NCBI GenBank assembly: GCA_038087875.1
Contig: CM075978.1
Location: 100,626,001 to 100,690,000, forward strand
Source of the DNA: Malacoraja senta
Lineage: Eukaryota
DNA: 64,000 nt
Direction of reading: 5' to 3'
Part shown: piece after piece, positions 13,538-26,128 of the stretch
Position numbering within the stretch: the first letter of the stretch is position 1
Layout: every line of letters starts with the position of its first letter
The notes under the pieces: model-generated
The model's input: only the letters and a program-made list of their open reading frames with translations
Database searches by the model: none
Told to the model about the DNA's origin: nothing
Program-made: the position numbers and the translations under genes

Positions 13538-15660
13538 TAGGGGAGAAAGAAAAAGTTAATAAACAGAAAATAAGTGGTGGTGGGTTTCTTAAATGTGTAT
13601 ATTTTAATGCTAGGAGCATTGTAAGAAAGGTGGATGAGCTTAGAGTCTGGATTGACACCTGGAAGTATGATGTTGTGGCGATCAGTGAAACATGGTTGCA
13701 GGAGGGCTGTGATTGGAAACTAAATATTCCAGGATTTCATTGCTTCAGGGGTGATAGAATTGGAGGGGCAAGAGGTGGGGGTGTTGCATTGCTTGTCAAG
13801 GAAGATATTACAGCAGTGCTTTGGCAGGATAGATTAGAGGGCTCGTCTAGGGAGGCTATTTGGGTGGAGTTGAGAAATGGGAAAGGTGTAGCTACACTTA
13901 TAGGGGTGTATTATAGACCGCCAAATGGGGAGCGAGAATTGGAAGAGCAAATATGTGAGGAGATAGCAGATATTAGTAGTAAGCACAAGGTAGTGATTGT
14001 GGGAGATTTCAATTTTCCACACATAGACTGGGAAACACATTCTGTAAAAGGGCTGGATGGTTTGGAGTTTGTAAAATGTGTGCAGGATAGTTTTTTGCAG
14101 CAATACATAGAGGTACCTACTAGAGAATGGGCAGTGCTGGACCTCCTGTTAGGAAATGAGACAGGGCAGGTGGCGGAGGTAAGCGTCGGGGAGCACTTCG
14201 GGTCCAGTGATCACAATACCATTAGTTTCAATATAATTATGGAGAGGGTCAGAACTGGACCTAGGGTTGAGATTTTTGATTGGAGAAAGGCTAACTTTGA
14301 GGAGGTGCGAAAGGATTTAAAAAGAGTGAATTGGGACATGTTTTTATTTTATTGGAAGGATGTAGAAGAGAAATGGAGGACATTTAAAGGTGAAATTTTA
14401 AGAGCACAGAATCTTTATGTCCCTGTTCGGTTGAAAGGAAAGTAAAAATTGGAAAGGGCCATGGTTTTCAAGGGAAATTGGACACGGTTCGGAAAAAGAG
14501 AGAGATCTACAATAATTATAGACAGCATGGAGTAAATGAGGTGCTTGAGGAGTATAAAGAATGTAAAAAGAATATTAAGAAATAAATTAGAAAAGCTAAA
14601 AGAAGATATGAGGTTGCTTTGGCAAGTAAGGTGAAAGTAAATCCAAAGGGTTTCTACAGCTATATTAATAGCAGAAGGATAACAAGGAATAAAATTGGTC
14701 CATTAGAGAGTCAGAGTGGACAGCTATCTGCAGAGCCAAAAGAGATGGGGGAGATATTGAACAATTGAATCATGTTTGACTAATCTTCTAGAATTTTTCG
14801 AAGAGGTTACTGGGGAAATTGATGAGGGTAAAGCAGTGGATGTTGTCTATATGGACTTCAGTAAGGCCTTTGACAAGGTTCCTCATGGAAGGTTGGTTAA
14901 GAAGATTAAATTGTTGGGTATTAATGGTGGAGTAGCAATATGGATTCAACAGTGGCTGAATGGGAGATGCCAGAAGTAATGGTGGATGGCTGTTTGTCAG
15001 GTTGGAGGCCGGTGACTAGTGGGGTGCCTCAGGGGTCTGTGTTGGGTCCACTGTTGTTTGTCATGTACATCAATGATCTGGATGATGGTGTGGAAAATTG
15101 GATTAGTAAGTATGCAGATGATACTAAGATAGGTGGTGTGGTGGATAATGAAGTCGATTTTCAAAGTCTACAGAGAGATTTAGGCCATTTGGAAGAATGG
15201 GCTGAAAGATGGCAGATGGAGTTTAATGCTGATAAATGTGAGGTACTACATCTCGGCAGGACAAATCAAAATAGGACGTACATGGTAAATGGTAGAGAAT
15301 TGAGGAATGCAGTTGAACAGAGGGATCTAGGAATAACTGTGCATAGTTCCCTGAAGGTGGAATCTCATGGAGATAGGGTGGTAAAGAAAGCTTTTGGTGT
15401 GCTGGCCTTTATAAATCAGAGCATTGAATATAGAAGTTGGGATGTAATGTTAAAATTGTACAAGGCATTGGTGAGGCCAATACTGGAGTATGGAGTACAA
15501 TTTTGGTCGCCTAATTATAGGAAGGATGTCAACAAAATAGAGAGAGTACAGAGGAGATTTACTAGAATGTTGCCTGGGTTTCAGCAACTAAGTTACAGAG
15601 AAAGGTTGAACAAGTTAGGTCTTTATTCTTTGGAGCGCAGAAGGTTAAGAGGGGGACTTG
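13538..15660 (+). mobile_element. CR1 LINE nested in DIRS, with an internal deletion; runs into the gap
   Basis: EN: FNARSI, SETW, YYRPP, GDFN, GSSDH. RT: DFSKAFDKV, YADDTK, RPILEYGVQFW. EN and RT halves join abruptly near 14765. Confidence 0.92.
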
Positions 15661-15860
15661 NNNNNNNNNNNNNNNNNNNNNNNNNNNNNNNNNNNNNNNN
15701 NNNNNNNNNNNNNNNNNNNNNNNNNNNNNNNNNNNNNNNNNNNNNNNNNNNNNNNNNNNNNNNNNNNNNNNNNNNNNNNNNNNNNNNNNNNNNNNNNNNN
15801 NNNNNNNNNNNNNNNNNNNNNNNNNNNNNNNNNNNNNNNNNNNNNNNNNNNNNNNNNNNN
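15661..15860. other. Assembly gap (200 N)
   Basis: Run of n. Confidence 1.
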
Positions 15861-16189
15861 GATGAGGGGGAAAAGATTAGCAGAGAGTGGGAGGGGTTGA
15901 GAAGTAGCTGCTTGAGCGAAACTGGATGACGGATGCTGAGAGAATTTTTGAATGGAAGGCTCTATGGATTGGTTCTCCCCAGCCTCGTGCTTCATGTGAG
16001 CTTTAGAAATGATTCTTTTGATTTGAAAATAAAATACCAAATTTATGAAGCTTGCAGTTATTATCAAAAAATGGCAGTGTTACTGATAGTGAAGAAGAAT
16101 GTTTGCAGCCACAGGAGGGCAGCACTAGATTGTCCATTGATTGGGTGGCATGTGGATTTCAATCCAGAGGAGTGTGAAGTGATAGATGG

Positions 16190-16640
16190 ACACAACATGC
16201 TGGAGTAACTCAGTGGGTCAGGCAGCATCTCTGGAGAAAAGGATAGGTGACATTTCGGGTCGAGACCCTTCTTCAGACCAACTTCAGACCTTCTTCATGT
16301 CTGAAGAAGGGTCTAGACCCAAAATGACATCTGTTCCTTTTCCCCAAAGATGCTTCCTGACCTGCTGAGTTACCAGAACATTTTGTTTCTATCTCCAATG
16401 TAAACTTCCAACAATCTTTGTCTGTTCCGCTGCAAAATGTCCTCAAGGTATGCCTATTTCGAAGAGGCTCTCCTCTGATGGGAGTTCTGCAACACCCTTT
16501 CTCACTGCTACTCCTCTGTGGCTCTGAAGAAGGGTCTCGTCCTGAAACGTCACCTATTCCTTTTTTCCAGAGTTGCTGAGTTACTCCAGTATTTTGTGTC
16601 TACCTTCGGTGTAAATCAGCATCTACAGTTCATTCCTATA
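16190..16640. mobile_element. Penelope terminal-repeat-derived short elements with minimal hammerhead-like cores (an inverted pair plus a third copy)
   Basis: Minus 16246-16279 reads ggt-CTGAAGA-a-gggtctcgaccc-GAAA-tgtc-acc; a plus-strand copy lies at 16524-16554. Confidence 0.65.
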
Positions 16641-19379
16641 CACAGGGAAGTGATAGATTTTGGGCAGGGCCAACTTGGTTAGTTCCTTCTAGCCAAACCC
16701 CCTGATCGCATCAGGGCATTCTGGATCAGAGCATACCACCACTCCTTTGGGATAGGCATTAGAGAGCAACTGGACACTGGAAGATCCTGAAAAGATAAGA
16801 CTATTGTTTAACATCAGTGGTGAGTAAAGGCATTTCTGGCATGAATGATAGATTGGGTTCCATGAATAATTAATTTACATATACCACCAAATGATGTTCA
16901 ATATAACTGGGATGACATGCGTTAAGAAGAGAGTGGTTTGATATTGATGGATCTAAAATATATGGCGACATATTTTCCCTCAATAAATTCCATCTTCCAT
17001 AGTCTGGCCACTCAATGCCTCAGCCTGTATCTTTGCAATTTGCATGACATCCTCTGCTTCCTAATTCAGTCGTGTCTGTAAACATGGAACATCATGTGAA
17101 CAAGTGTGAACATCATCCGGTCACTGTCTAAACTATGAACTGAGTTTCACTCGCCACTTTGCTGCCTGACCCGCTAAATGCTTCCAGGATTTTCCTTCAG
17201 ATCTGATTTTGATTTTATATATAACTCTGAATTCTCCCATCAGGTTAAAAGTGCAGATCCCTCAGGATTACCAAGGATTGCCATTTGACACACTCAGCGA
17301 AGCATGGAACTTCTCTGTCTCTTGTTTTGCAAAGTTACGTCATATTTTGTGTGTTCACATTTTTGGAACCTAATGAAATCCTTTCTACAAATTAAACGGA
17401 GGCAATATCCACAAACGTTTCATCATCATCACTGACAATGAGGGAGAAGTTGTCGTCTTCAAGCCATATTACTGAGCTCTCTATCTCCTTCCCCTATGTC
17501 TGTGAAAAAGACTGTGAATGCTGACAAGACTCTCAACTGTTCATGTACCAAGTCTCACATTTCTGCTCTCATTCCCTCTCAATCCACCCAAAACAAGGAT
17601 AGGGGTCCCCTTGTCCTCATCTCCCACCTCTGTCAGTTACACATTGTTAATGAGGGTTTTCCCACAGAGCAATTGTGGCAAAGAACCTTGGCTTAGAATA
17701 GCAGATTCCCACTAGTCACAGACCTCCAGCCAGAATATCTTCCTTCCACGTCCCTGTGTCTTCTATGATTAAGCCATTTCTGAATGCATATGACCAAGTC
17801 ATCGTGAATTCCAGAAATCTTACATTTCTGGATCAGCTTATCATGAGAGAACTTATCAAAAGCCTTACTAATATCCATGTCTACAACATCCACTGCCTAA
17901 CCTTCATCAATTAATAGTGCAATTCCTCCAGTACATTTACCTCCCTCTCTACCACACCTGAAACATCAAAAACCTGGAACATTAAGCTGTAAGTTATGTC
18001 CAGTTTGATAGCTTTGATATCTGTAACTCCTACATACTGAATAGGTTCTATATCAGTTCTTAAACTAATTCATTATCTATTTCTAGGCTTACTAATTCGG
18101 ATAACAATATTGATTAGTACGGTATCAGAGGTTATGGGGAGAAGGCAGGAGAATGGGGTTGGGAGGGAGAGATAGATCAGCCATGATTGAATGGTGGAGT
18201 AGACTTGATGGGCTGAATGACCTATTTCTGCTCCTATCACTGATCACTTATGATCTTATGATATGATATTCATTTAGTTTGAGGTTTTTGCTAGATCTCC
18301 ATGTGCGGGCAGTAGAGGGTCAGGAAGTGGTAATGGTGATTGGCATTTCAGTGGGAGAACATTTTTGGAACAGTGTTCACAACTCCATCAGATTTTTAAG
18401 ATAGTTCTGAATAAGGATACGTCTGGACTGGGGGAGAGCAAATTACAACACTATTGCTCACCAAATAGAGAGAGTAATTTGGGAGCAGCTGTTCTTGGGT
18501 CAGTCCACATCTAACGTGGGAGTCATTTGAAGACCAAAGTTCAAGACTGGTATGAGTAGGAAGGAATTGCAGATGCTGGTTTAAAGCGAAGATAGACACA
18601 AAAAGCTGGAGTAACTCGGCAGGGCAGGCCACATCTCTGGAGAGAAGTAATGGGTGACATTTTTTGGGTCGAGACCCTTCTTCAGACTAGTTAGGGATAA
18701 GGGAAACTAGAGATATAGATGATGATGTAGAGAGATAATGAACAATGAACGAAAGATATGCAACAAATAACGATGATAAAGGAAACAGGCCATTGTTAGC
18801 TGTTTGTTAGGTGAAACGAGAAGCTGGTGCGACTTGGGTGGGGGAGGGATAGAGAGAGATGGAATGCTGGGGTTACTTGAGACTGGTATGTTCCATAAGG
18901 AGAAGAGAATGAATGGGAGGCAGGCAACAAAACTTTGTAAATTTGGCCAAAAAGGAAACAGAAGCATTTGTAATATGTAGGAAGATGAAATCAGACAGAA
19001 ACTTTAAGGAATATAAAGAAAGCAGGAATGAACTAAAGCAAGGAAGTAGGATGACCAAAGGGGACATGAAATGCCCCAGACAAGCAGAATTAACAACAAT
19101 CCCAAGGCATTTAATACACACATTTAAACAAGTGGGTTACTAGCGAGAAGATAGGATCACACGGTGCAAAAGGAGAGATTTTATGCTTGGAGTCAGAGGA
19201 TGCAGGTGAGGTACTAAAGGAGTACTTTGCATCAGTATTCAACAAGGAGAAGGACATGTAGGAGAGTGAGATCAGTGGGGTTCAGCTCCTATGCCAGTAC
19301 GTTTACAAATAACACAAAAATGTATGGGGTTGTGGACAGTGAAGAAGGCTGCCAGAAGATCCAGCAGATTATATATACA

Positions 19380-19617
19380 TTAACACTATCCAACACACAT
19401 TAGGGACAATTTTACATTGATACCAAGCCAATTAACCTACAAACCTATATGTCTTTGGAGTGTGGGAGGAAACCAAAGATCTCAGAGAAAACCAACCCGG
19501 TCACGGGGAGAACGTACAAATTCGGTACAGACAGCATCCGTAGTCAGGATCAAACCCGGGTCTTAGGTGCTGTAAGCTCTGTAAGGCAGCAACTCTACCG
19601 CTGCACCACCATGCCAC
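19380..19617 (-). mobile_element. tRNA-derived SINE (V-SINE/HE1-like)
   Basis: Reverse complement of the tRNA-like head (ggcatggtggtgcagcggtagagttgctgcc) and of the family body seen at 36806. Confidence 0.8.
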
Positions 19618-20039
19618 TCTTAAACATTAGGTTTAAGAAGAGAAAAATTTAAAGAAGATAGAAAGCCATTTTTTTAAACTATATTTAGGCACCTGGAATG
19701 TACTGTCAGTGGTGATTGTGGATACGATTGTAGCATTTAAGAACCTTTTAGATAGGCAAGTAATTATGCAGGAAATGGAGGGATGTGCAGGCAGAAGAGA
19801 TTAGTTTAAGAAGGCAGCATGTTCAGCGCAGACATCATGGGTCGTAGGGCCTGATGTTGAAAGTTGGAAGTTCTTGCTGTTACACTCTGTTTTTCTTACA
19901 ACTGCATCCTCCGTACAAATTTCCCCAAATGGAGCAGAATTGTACTGCAGATCAAGCTTTAAGCCAATGGTCCACATCCAATACAAGAGCAATAGGCTTA
20001 TAATGGTGGGGGATTTATACTTAGACAATAGACAACAGA

Positions 20040-21430
20040 CAATAGACAATAGGTGCAGGAGTAGGCCATTCGGCCGTTCGAGCCAGCACCGCCATTCAAT
20101 GTGATCATGGCTGATCATCCCCAATCAGTACCCCGTTCCTGCCTTCTCCCCATATCCCCTGACTCCGCTATTTTTAAGAGCCCTATCTAGCTCTCTCTTG
20201 AAAGCATCCAGAGACCCTGCCTCCACCGCCCTCTGAGGCAGAGAATTCCACAGACGCACCACTCTCTGTGAGAAAAAGTGTTTCGTCGTCTCCGTTCTAA
20301 ATGGCTTACTCCTTATTCTTAAACTGTGGCCCCGGGTTCTGGACTCCCCCAAAATTGGGAACATGTTTCCTGCCTCTAGCGTGTCCAAACCGTTAACAAT
20401 CTTATATGTTTCAATGAGATACCCTCTCATCCTTCTAAACTCCATAGTGTACAAGCCCAGCTCCATAGTGTACAAGCCCATTCTCTCAGCATACGACAGT
20501 CCCGCCATCCCGGGAATTAACCTTGTAAACCTATGCTGCACTCCCTCAATAGCAAGAATGTCCTTCCTCAAATTAGGGGAATTTTAGGGGTTAAGGGTTA
20601 AGTGTTTGATAAGGGTTTGGACACGCTAGAGGCAGGAAACATGTTCCCGATTTTGGGGGAGTCCAGAACCAGGGGCCACAGTTTAAGAATAAGGAGTAAG
20701 CCATTTAGAACGGAGACGAGGAAACACTAACTGCACACAATACTCCAGGTGTGGTCTCACTAGGGCCCTGTACAACTGCAGAAGGACCTCTTTGCTCCTA
20801 TATTCGATTCCTCTTGTTATAAAGGCCAACATGCCATTCGCTTTCTTCACTGCCTGCTGTACCTGCATGCTTACTTTCATAGACTGATGAACAAGGACCC
20901 CCAGATCCCGTTGTACTTCCCCTTTCCCACTTGACGCCATTTAGAAATCTGCCTTCCTGTTTTTGCTACCAAAGTGGATAACCTCACATTTATCCGCATT
21001 AAACTTCATCTGCCATGCATCTGCCCACTCCCCCAACCTGTCCAAGTCACCCTGCATTCTCATAGCATCCTCCTCACAGTTCACACTGCCACCCAGCTTT
21101 GTGTCATCTGCAAATTTGCTAAAGTTACTTTGAATCCCTTCATCCAAATCATTGATGTATATTGTAAATAGCCGCGGTCCCAGCACTGAGCCTTGCAGTA
21201 CCCCACTAGTCACTGCCTGCCATTCTCAAAGCGACCCGTTAATTCCTACTCCTGTCTGCCAACCACTTCTCTATGCATGTCAGCACTCTACCCCCAATAC
21301 CATATTCCCTAATTTTGCCCACTAATCTCCTATGTGGGACCTTATCAAATGCTTTCCGAAAGTCCAGGTAGTTTACATCCACTGGCTCTCCCTTGTCCAT
21401 TTCCCTAGTTACATCTTCAAAAAATTCCAG
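20040..21430 (-). mobile_element. CR1 LINE 3' half with an internal inverted insert
   Basis: FADDTKLG, RPHLEYCVQ and LWNSLP motifs; 20613-20727 is an inverted copy of 20278-20398. Confidence 0.85.
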
Positions 21431-22120
21431 AAGATTAGAAAAGCATGATACTTCTCCAATATTGACTGAAAGTGCATAGTGCAAATGGTTTTAATGGGGA
21501 AGAATTAGTAAAGTGCACCCGGGAGAGTTCAGCCAATGTGTAGATAGTCCTATTAGCTGTACTGGACCTAATCTTGGGCAATAAGGCTGGGCTAATGGTA
21601 GCAGTGTCCCTGGAGCATTGAGACACAAGAGATGGCAGATACTGGAATGTGGAGCAATAAACAAAATGCAGGAGGAACTTGGCAGATCAGGCAACCACTG
21701 GTAAGGGAAATGGACAGTTGAAGTTTGGGGTCCAGACTGGTCCACATATGCTGCCTGACAAGCTGAGTTCTTCCAGGATTTTTTTTTTTTAACAATGGAT
21801 CTTTTTATTGGTGTTATTTTGCTAGTGTTATTTTATTGGTGTTATTTTATTGATATTATTTTGCTTTAAGTTTCAAGACTGTTATGGAAAGGGAGAAAAT
21901 TGGTGCGGAGGACAATGTCCTCCGCACCAATTTCAATAAGAAATTGCCCGATGTCCTGGCGGAAGTAGATTGGGAGCATTTGGTTGTAGGTAGAACAACA
22001 TACAAATAGTGGGAGTCTTCTAATAGTGAGATTTGTACAGTTTCTGAGCTAACAATCCTGGAGAAGTGAAACGTAAGGATAGTAGGATCAGGGAACACAA
22101 AGCGACCAGAGGCGTTGAGA

Positions 22121-22458
22121 ATTTAGTTTAGTTTAGTTCAGTCATGTAGTGATACAGCATGGAAACAGGCACTTTGGAACACGGAGCCCATGCCGACCAT
22201 CGATTACCCGTTCACACTAGTTCTATGTTATCTCACTTCTCATCCACCGTACATAATAGAGGCAATTTACAGAGGCCAACTAACCTACAAACTCACGTGT
22301 CTTTGGAATGTGGGAGGAAACCGGTGCACCCGGTGGAAACCCATGTGGTCACACAGGGAGAACATGCAAACGCCACACAGACAGCACCTGAGATCAGGAT
22401 TGAAGCCGGGTCTCTGGCTCTGTGAGGCAGCAGTCTTCATGCACAAACGTGGCACCCA
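22121..22458 (-). mobile_element. tRNA-derived SINE (V-SINE/HE1-like)
   Basis: (tttag)n tail at 22121 and a family body matching the other copies. Confidence 0.75.
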
Positions 22459-23341
22459 CATTTGATGAAGTAAAGGGAAGCATTTGGCAGGCATAGGCAA
22501 ATGAAAACAGGAGAGACACTTGGGTATAAAGAGAGCAAAAGACTACTTTAAAAAGAAATTAGGAGAGGAAAGGGACAAGAAAAAATATCACAGACAGTCA
22601 AAATTAAGAAGAATCCCAAGGAGTGAACAATTGTATTAGAGTATGAGGGTAACCAGGGAAAGAGTAGGAGCCAAGGAAAGTGAGGGCTGTTGCAAAGAAC
22701 AATGGGGACCCGGCATGGGGGGGGACTGCCGTGAGGGACAGTGGGAGAACAAAGTGGGAACTGGTGTGCGGGGGCACTCTAGTTTTAGAATCCTCTTCTG
22801 CGTTTGTTTGTTTTGTTTGTTCGTTCGTTCTGGTTAAGGCGCTGTGCACACGGCAGCCAGCCAACAGTTGCTTGGCTTTTTCTTTTTTTTCACTTTAAAT
22901 TTCAAGTATTTGTGTACCTTGTGTGTTGTGACTGTGGCAGACCAATTTCCCTCCGGGGATGAATAAAATGTTATCGTATCGTATCGTAAAACTGCTGCCA
23001 GATGCTGTGAAGTTTTGTATCTTCTGCCCGACAGGAGAGGGGACAAGTAGGAATGACAGGGGAGTGAATGGTCTTTCACTATGTTGGTTGCTTTCCAGAG
23101 GCAGCGTGGGGTGTAGGGTGGAGTTATTGCCAAACTAGGCTGTGATGTAATCAATAGGATGCTTTATGTGGTCCATGTGTAGTCATTGGTAAGAGTTGTT
23201 GGAAGCATGCTAAATTTCCTTAGACTATCTGACTCTGCAACATAATCTTACATATACTAAATGAATGTTACTCGAACTGCCAGCTTTGTTCCTGATTTAT
23301 TGCTCAGTTTAACACACTTTGTACAGTCAACAAGCACTTAC

Positions 23342-23405
23342 ATGGAGCAGGATTTAACCTTTGATATTCAGTGTTTGTACTTTTGAGCTGTTGCTTTTAC
23401 CAAAG
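23342..23405 (+). CDS. Candidate leader exon of the Ig receptor gene, with in-frame TGA (MEQDLTFDIQCLYF*AVAFTKG)
   Basis: ATG at 23342 is in frame with a phase-1 donor (aaag|gtattg) 183 bp before V1. The joined sequence reads AVAFTKG-LKA-DISLIQ, like a signal-peptide end. TGA is at 23384-23386. Confidence 0.35.
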
Positions 23406-23588
23406 GTATTGTTTGTCATTTCAGTGCAGAATGAAAGAGCAAAGCTCAGGAGAAAACAAAAGAGTTTACAAATTGAGGATACATGTGCAGAACATTCATA
23501 AATATCCAAGAGCTTTCATGCTGCCTTTTGTTTCAAATTATTTTTGTGGTTATCATCTGTTCTGATCTTTGGTTGTTATTACCCACAG

Positions 23589-23939
23589 GTCTAAAGGCAG
23601 ACATATCCCTGATCCAATCCCCACGAGCTCTGGTGATGCGTGAAGGTGAAACAGTGGAGATACGGTGTGTCCTGAACAGCAGCAATGTGAATCACATTGT
23701 GAAAAAATCCACCGTTCACTGGTACAACTCACGTAATGGAGGAATCAAACTTAGTCTTGATGTAAATGGCCACACTTACAGGTCACCGGGCTTCTCCGAT
23801 CGATTTCAGCTTTCCAGGGACGGCGCCAGTAACAGCTACTCACTGACCATCAGAGAGGTGGTGATTGCCGACTCTGCTGATTACATCTGTGGCATTTGGG
23901 GGATATTATTTGGAAAAGGAACCCAGCTGAATGTAACCA
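23589..23939 (+). CDS. Ig receptor exon V1: germline-joined V-J Ig domain
   Basis: Acceptor cccacag|, donor a|gtgagt, phase 1-1, 351 nt. IQSP..IRC, VHWY, RF..S, LTI, DSADYIC, W, FGKGTQLNVT. Confidence 0.92.
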
Positions 23940-24591
23940 GTGAGTATTTATATTGGTTCTATTTTCAATCCTAACATCACGAGGAATCATGATGTCATGT
24001 TGTCAGTTTTACAGAGACAGACATCATTAGAAGTTCACACTGCAAAATGGAGAATGAAAATAGGCCAAAATTATTTTTAAACTGAATAATGCAGATCACT
24101 CGTCACTGCGTTCTGAGATCAGGATGGAGAATGTAATTCGGCATTGCCAGAGACGTATACATAGTGTGAACAGATGAATGTAAAGAAATTACAGTATAGG
24201 TAGGTTAGTTCCTTCATTTATAATCACTTTGCTTGAGTTTACTTTATTGTCACGTCTACCGAGGTACAGTGAAAAGCTTTTGTTGCCTGCTAACCAGTCA
24301 GTGGAAAGACAACACATGATTACAATCGTGCCATTCACAGTTTATGCATAGTCACTATTAGTTGTACCATCTGCCACACTGAGATCAATTCCTCAATGGT
24401 CAGCATGCGCTCAGTGGACTGAAGGACCTGTTTCCCTGCTGGATCTCTACACTAAAGTAAACTAAACATTACCACCTCAATGATCTATTGGTACTATTTC
24501 CATACCCTCTTGTTCCTCCAATATACAGAGATCTGCTTATCTCTGTGTTGAGTGCAACAAAGGACTAAATACATGACTAAAAAACCATAGA

Positions 24592-25497
24592 TGAGGCTCG
24601 CACCAGGGTCTCTGCCATACCCCGCAACTGCTCTCTCTCCCCATCCCCCCACTCACAACAAGGGCAGAGTCCCCCTAGTCCTCACCTTTCATCCCACCAG
24701 CCGTCACATACAACAAGTGATCCTCCGTCAGTTTCGCCACCTCCAACGTGACCCCACCACTCGCCACATCTTCCCATCTCCCCACATGTCTGCCTTCCGC
24801 AAATACCGCTCCCTCCGTAACTCCCTTGTCAATTCTTCCCTTCCCTCCCGTACCACCCCCTCCCCAGGTACTTTCCCTTGCAACCGCAAGAGATGCAACA
24901 CTTGTCTCTTCACCTCCCCCCTCGATTCCATTCAAGGACCCAAGCAGTCGTTCCAGGTGCGACAGAGGTTCACCTGCATCTCCTCCAACCTCATCTATTG
25001 CATCCGCTGCTCTAGATGTCAGCTGATCTACATCGGTGAGACCAAGCGGAGGCTTGGCGATCGTTTCGCCGAACACCTCCGGTCGGTCCGCAATAATCTA
25101 CCTGACCTCCCGGTGGCTCAGCACTTCAACTCCCCCTCCCATTCCATATCTGACCTCTTTGTCCTGGGTCTCCTCCATGGCCACAGCGAGCAACACCGGA
25201 AATTGGAGGAAATGCACCTCATATTCCACTTGGGCAGTCTACATCCTGGGGGCATGAACATTGAATTCTCCCAACTCTGCTAGCCCTTGCTGTCCCCTCC
25301 CCTTCATCAGCCCTCTGGTTGTCTCCTCCCATCCCCCAGCCCTCGGGCTCCTACTCCTCCTTTTTTCCTTTTTTCCCTTCTTCTCCCCACCCCCTATCAG
25401 TCTGAAGAAGGGTTTCGGCCCGAAACGTTGCCTATTTCTTTCGCTCCATAGATGATGCTGCACCTGCTGAGTTTCTCCAGCATTTTTGTGTACCTTT
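24592..25497 (+). mobile_element. Penelope-like element 3' part (GIY-YIG endonuclease) plus terminal repeat
   Basis: CNRKRCNTC, YCIRCSRC and IYIGETKRRLGDRFAEH, followed by ctgaagaagggtttcggcccgaaacgtt at 25402. Confidence 0.88.
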
Positions 25498-25521
25498 GAA
25501 AAATGAAATCCCCATTGTGAG

Positions 25522-25538
25522 GCAGAGAGAGAGAGAGA

Positions 25539-25585
<47 letters not shown>

Positions 25586-25600
25586 AAAGAGTGAGTGAAA
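25522..25600 (+). repeat. (GA)n/(GAGAGT)n microsatellite
   Basis: Directly visible. Confidence 0.9.
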
Positions 25601-25783
25601 GATAATTGTGAACAGGGAGAAAGTTGCAATCAGCTGCAATCATTATTTTAATACCAGATGCTAACCATCACTTTTACATGATGTTATCTAATGTCAAAGG
25701 ATGAATGTATTTTAAGTTGAAACACATAAAGTATTTACCAACCCCAACATTAGTGTTCATCTATTGATATTTTCCCTTTCAAG

Positions 25784-26128
25784 TTGCAAATCCTCCGATC
25801 CTGATCCAATTCCCGAGGCTGGAGCGTGTCACTGAGGGTCACACGGCACGGTTCTGGTGTTCCATGGAGAACGCTGAAGTGGGAAACACTGACGTCCACT
25901 GGTACCGTGAACTACCCGGGCAGGACATGGAGTGGGTTTTAACACACGAGGCAGGAGGCAGCGTACGAAGGAGACCAGGCTTCACTGAGCGGTTCCAGCC
26001 GTTCAAAGACGCCTCCAACAGCAGCTTCATCCTAACGGTCACAAACGTGATGCTCAATGACTCTGCCGTCTATTACTGCACAGTGTGGGGAGATATCAGA
26101 GGGAATGGAACCCAGCTCAATGTAACCA
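25784..26128 (+). CDS. Ig receptor exon V2: germline-joined V-J Ig domain
   Basis: Acceptor ctttcaag|, donor a|gtgagt, phase 1-1, 345 nt. FWC, VHWYRE, RPGFTERF, DSAVYYCTVW, RGNGTQLNVT. Confidence 0.93.

Larger units (their letters stand above)
8899..15660 (-). repeat. Left arm of a large inverted segmental duplication (mate 57266-64000)
   Basis: The reverse complement of the window end (cgccctatcacgcatagccccc...) matches from 8899. DIRS/CR1 junctions and an internal CR1 deletion are shared. The arm runs into the N gap at 15661. Confidence 0.93.

Noticed and set aside
15933-15995. Alternative leader MLREFLNGRLYGLVLPSLVLH with donor gtgagc
   Set aside because: It is phase 0 whereas V1 needs phase 1 at its first AG, it lies 7.6 kb away, and its hydrophobicity is weak.
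26079-26085. Perfect RSS heptamer CACAGTG in V2 (also 31040-31046 in V4)
   Set aside because: It arises from the codons TGC ACA GTG. No ACAAAAACC-like nonamer lies at 12 or 23 bp, and cutting there would destroy the conserved Cys.
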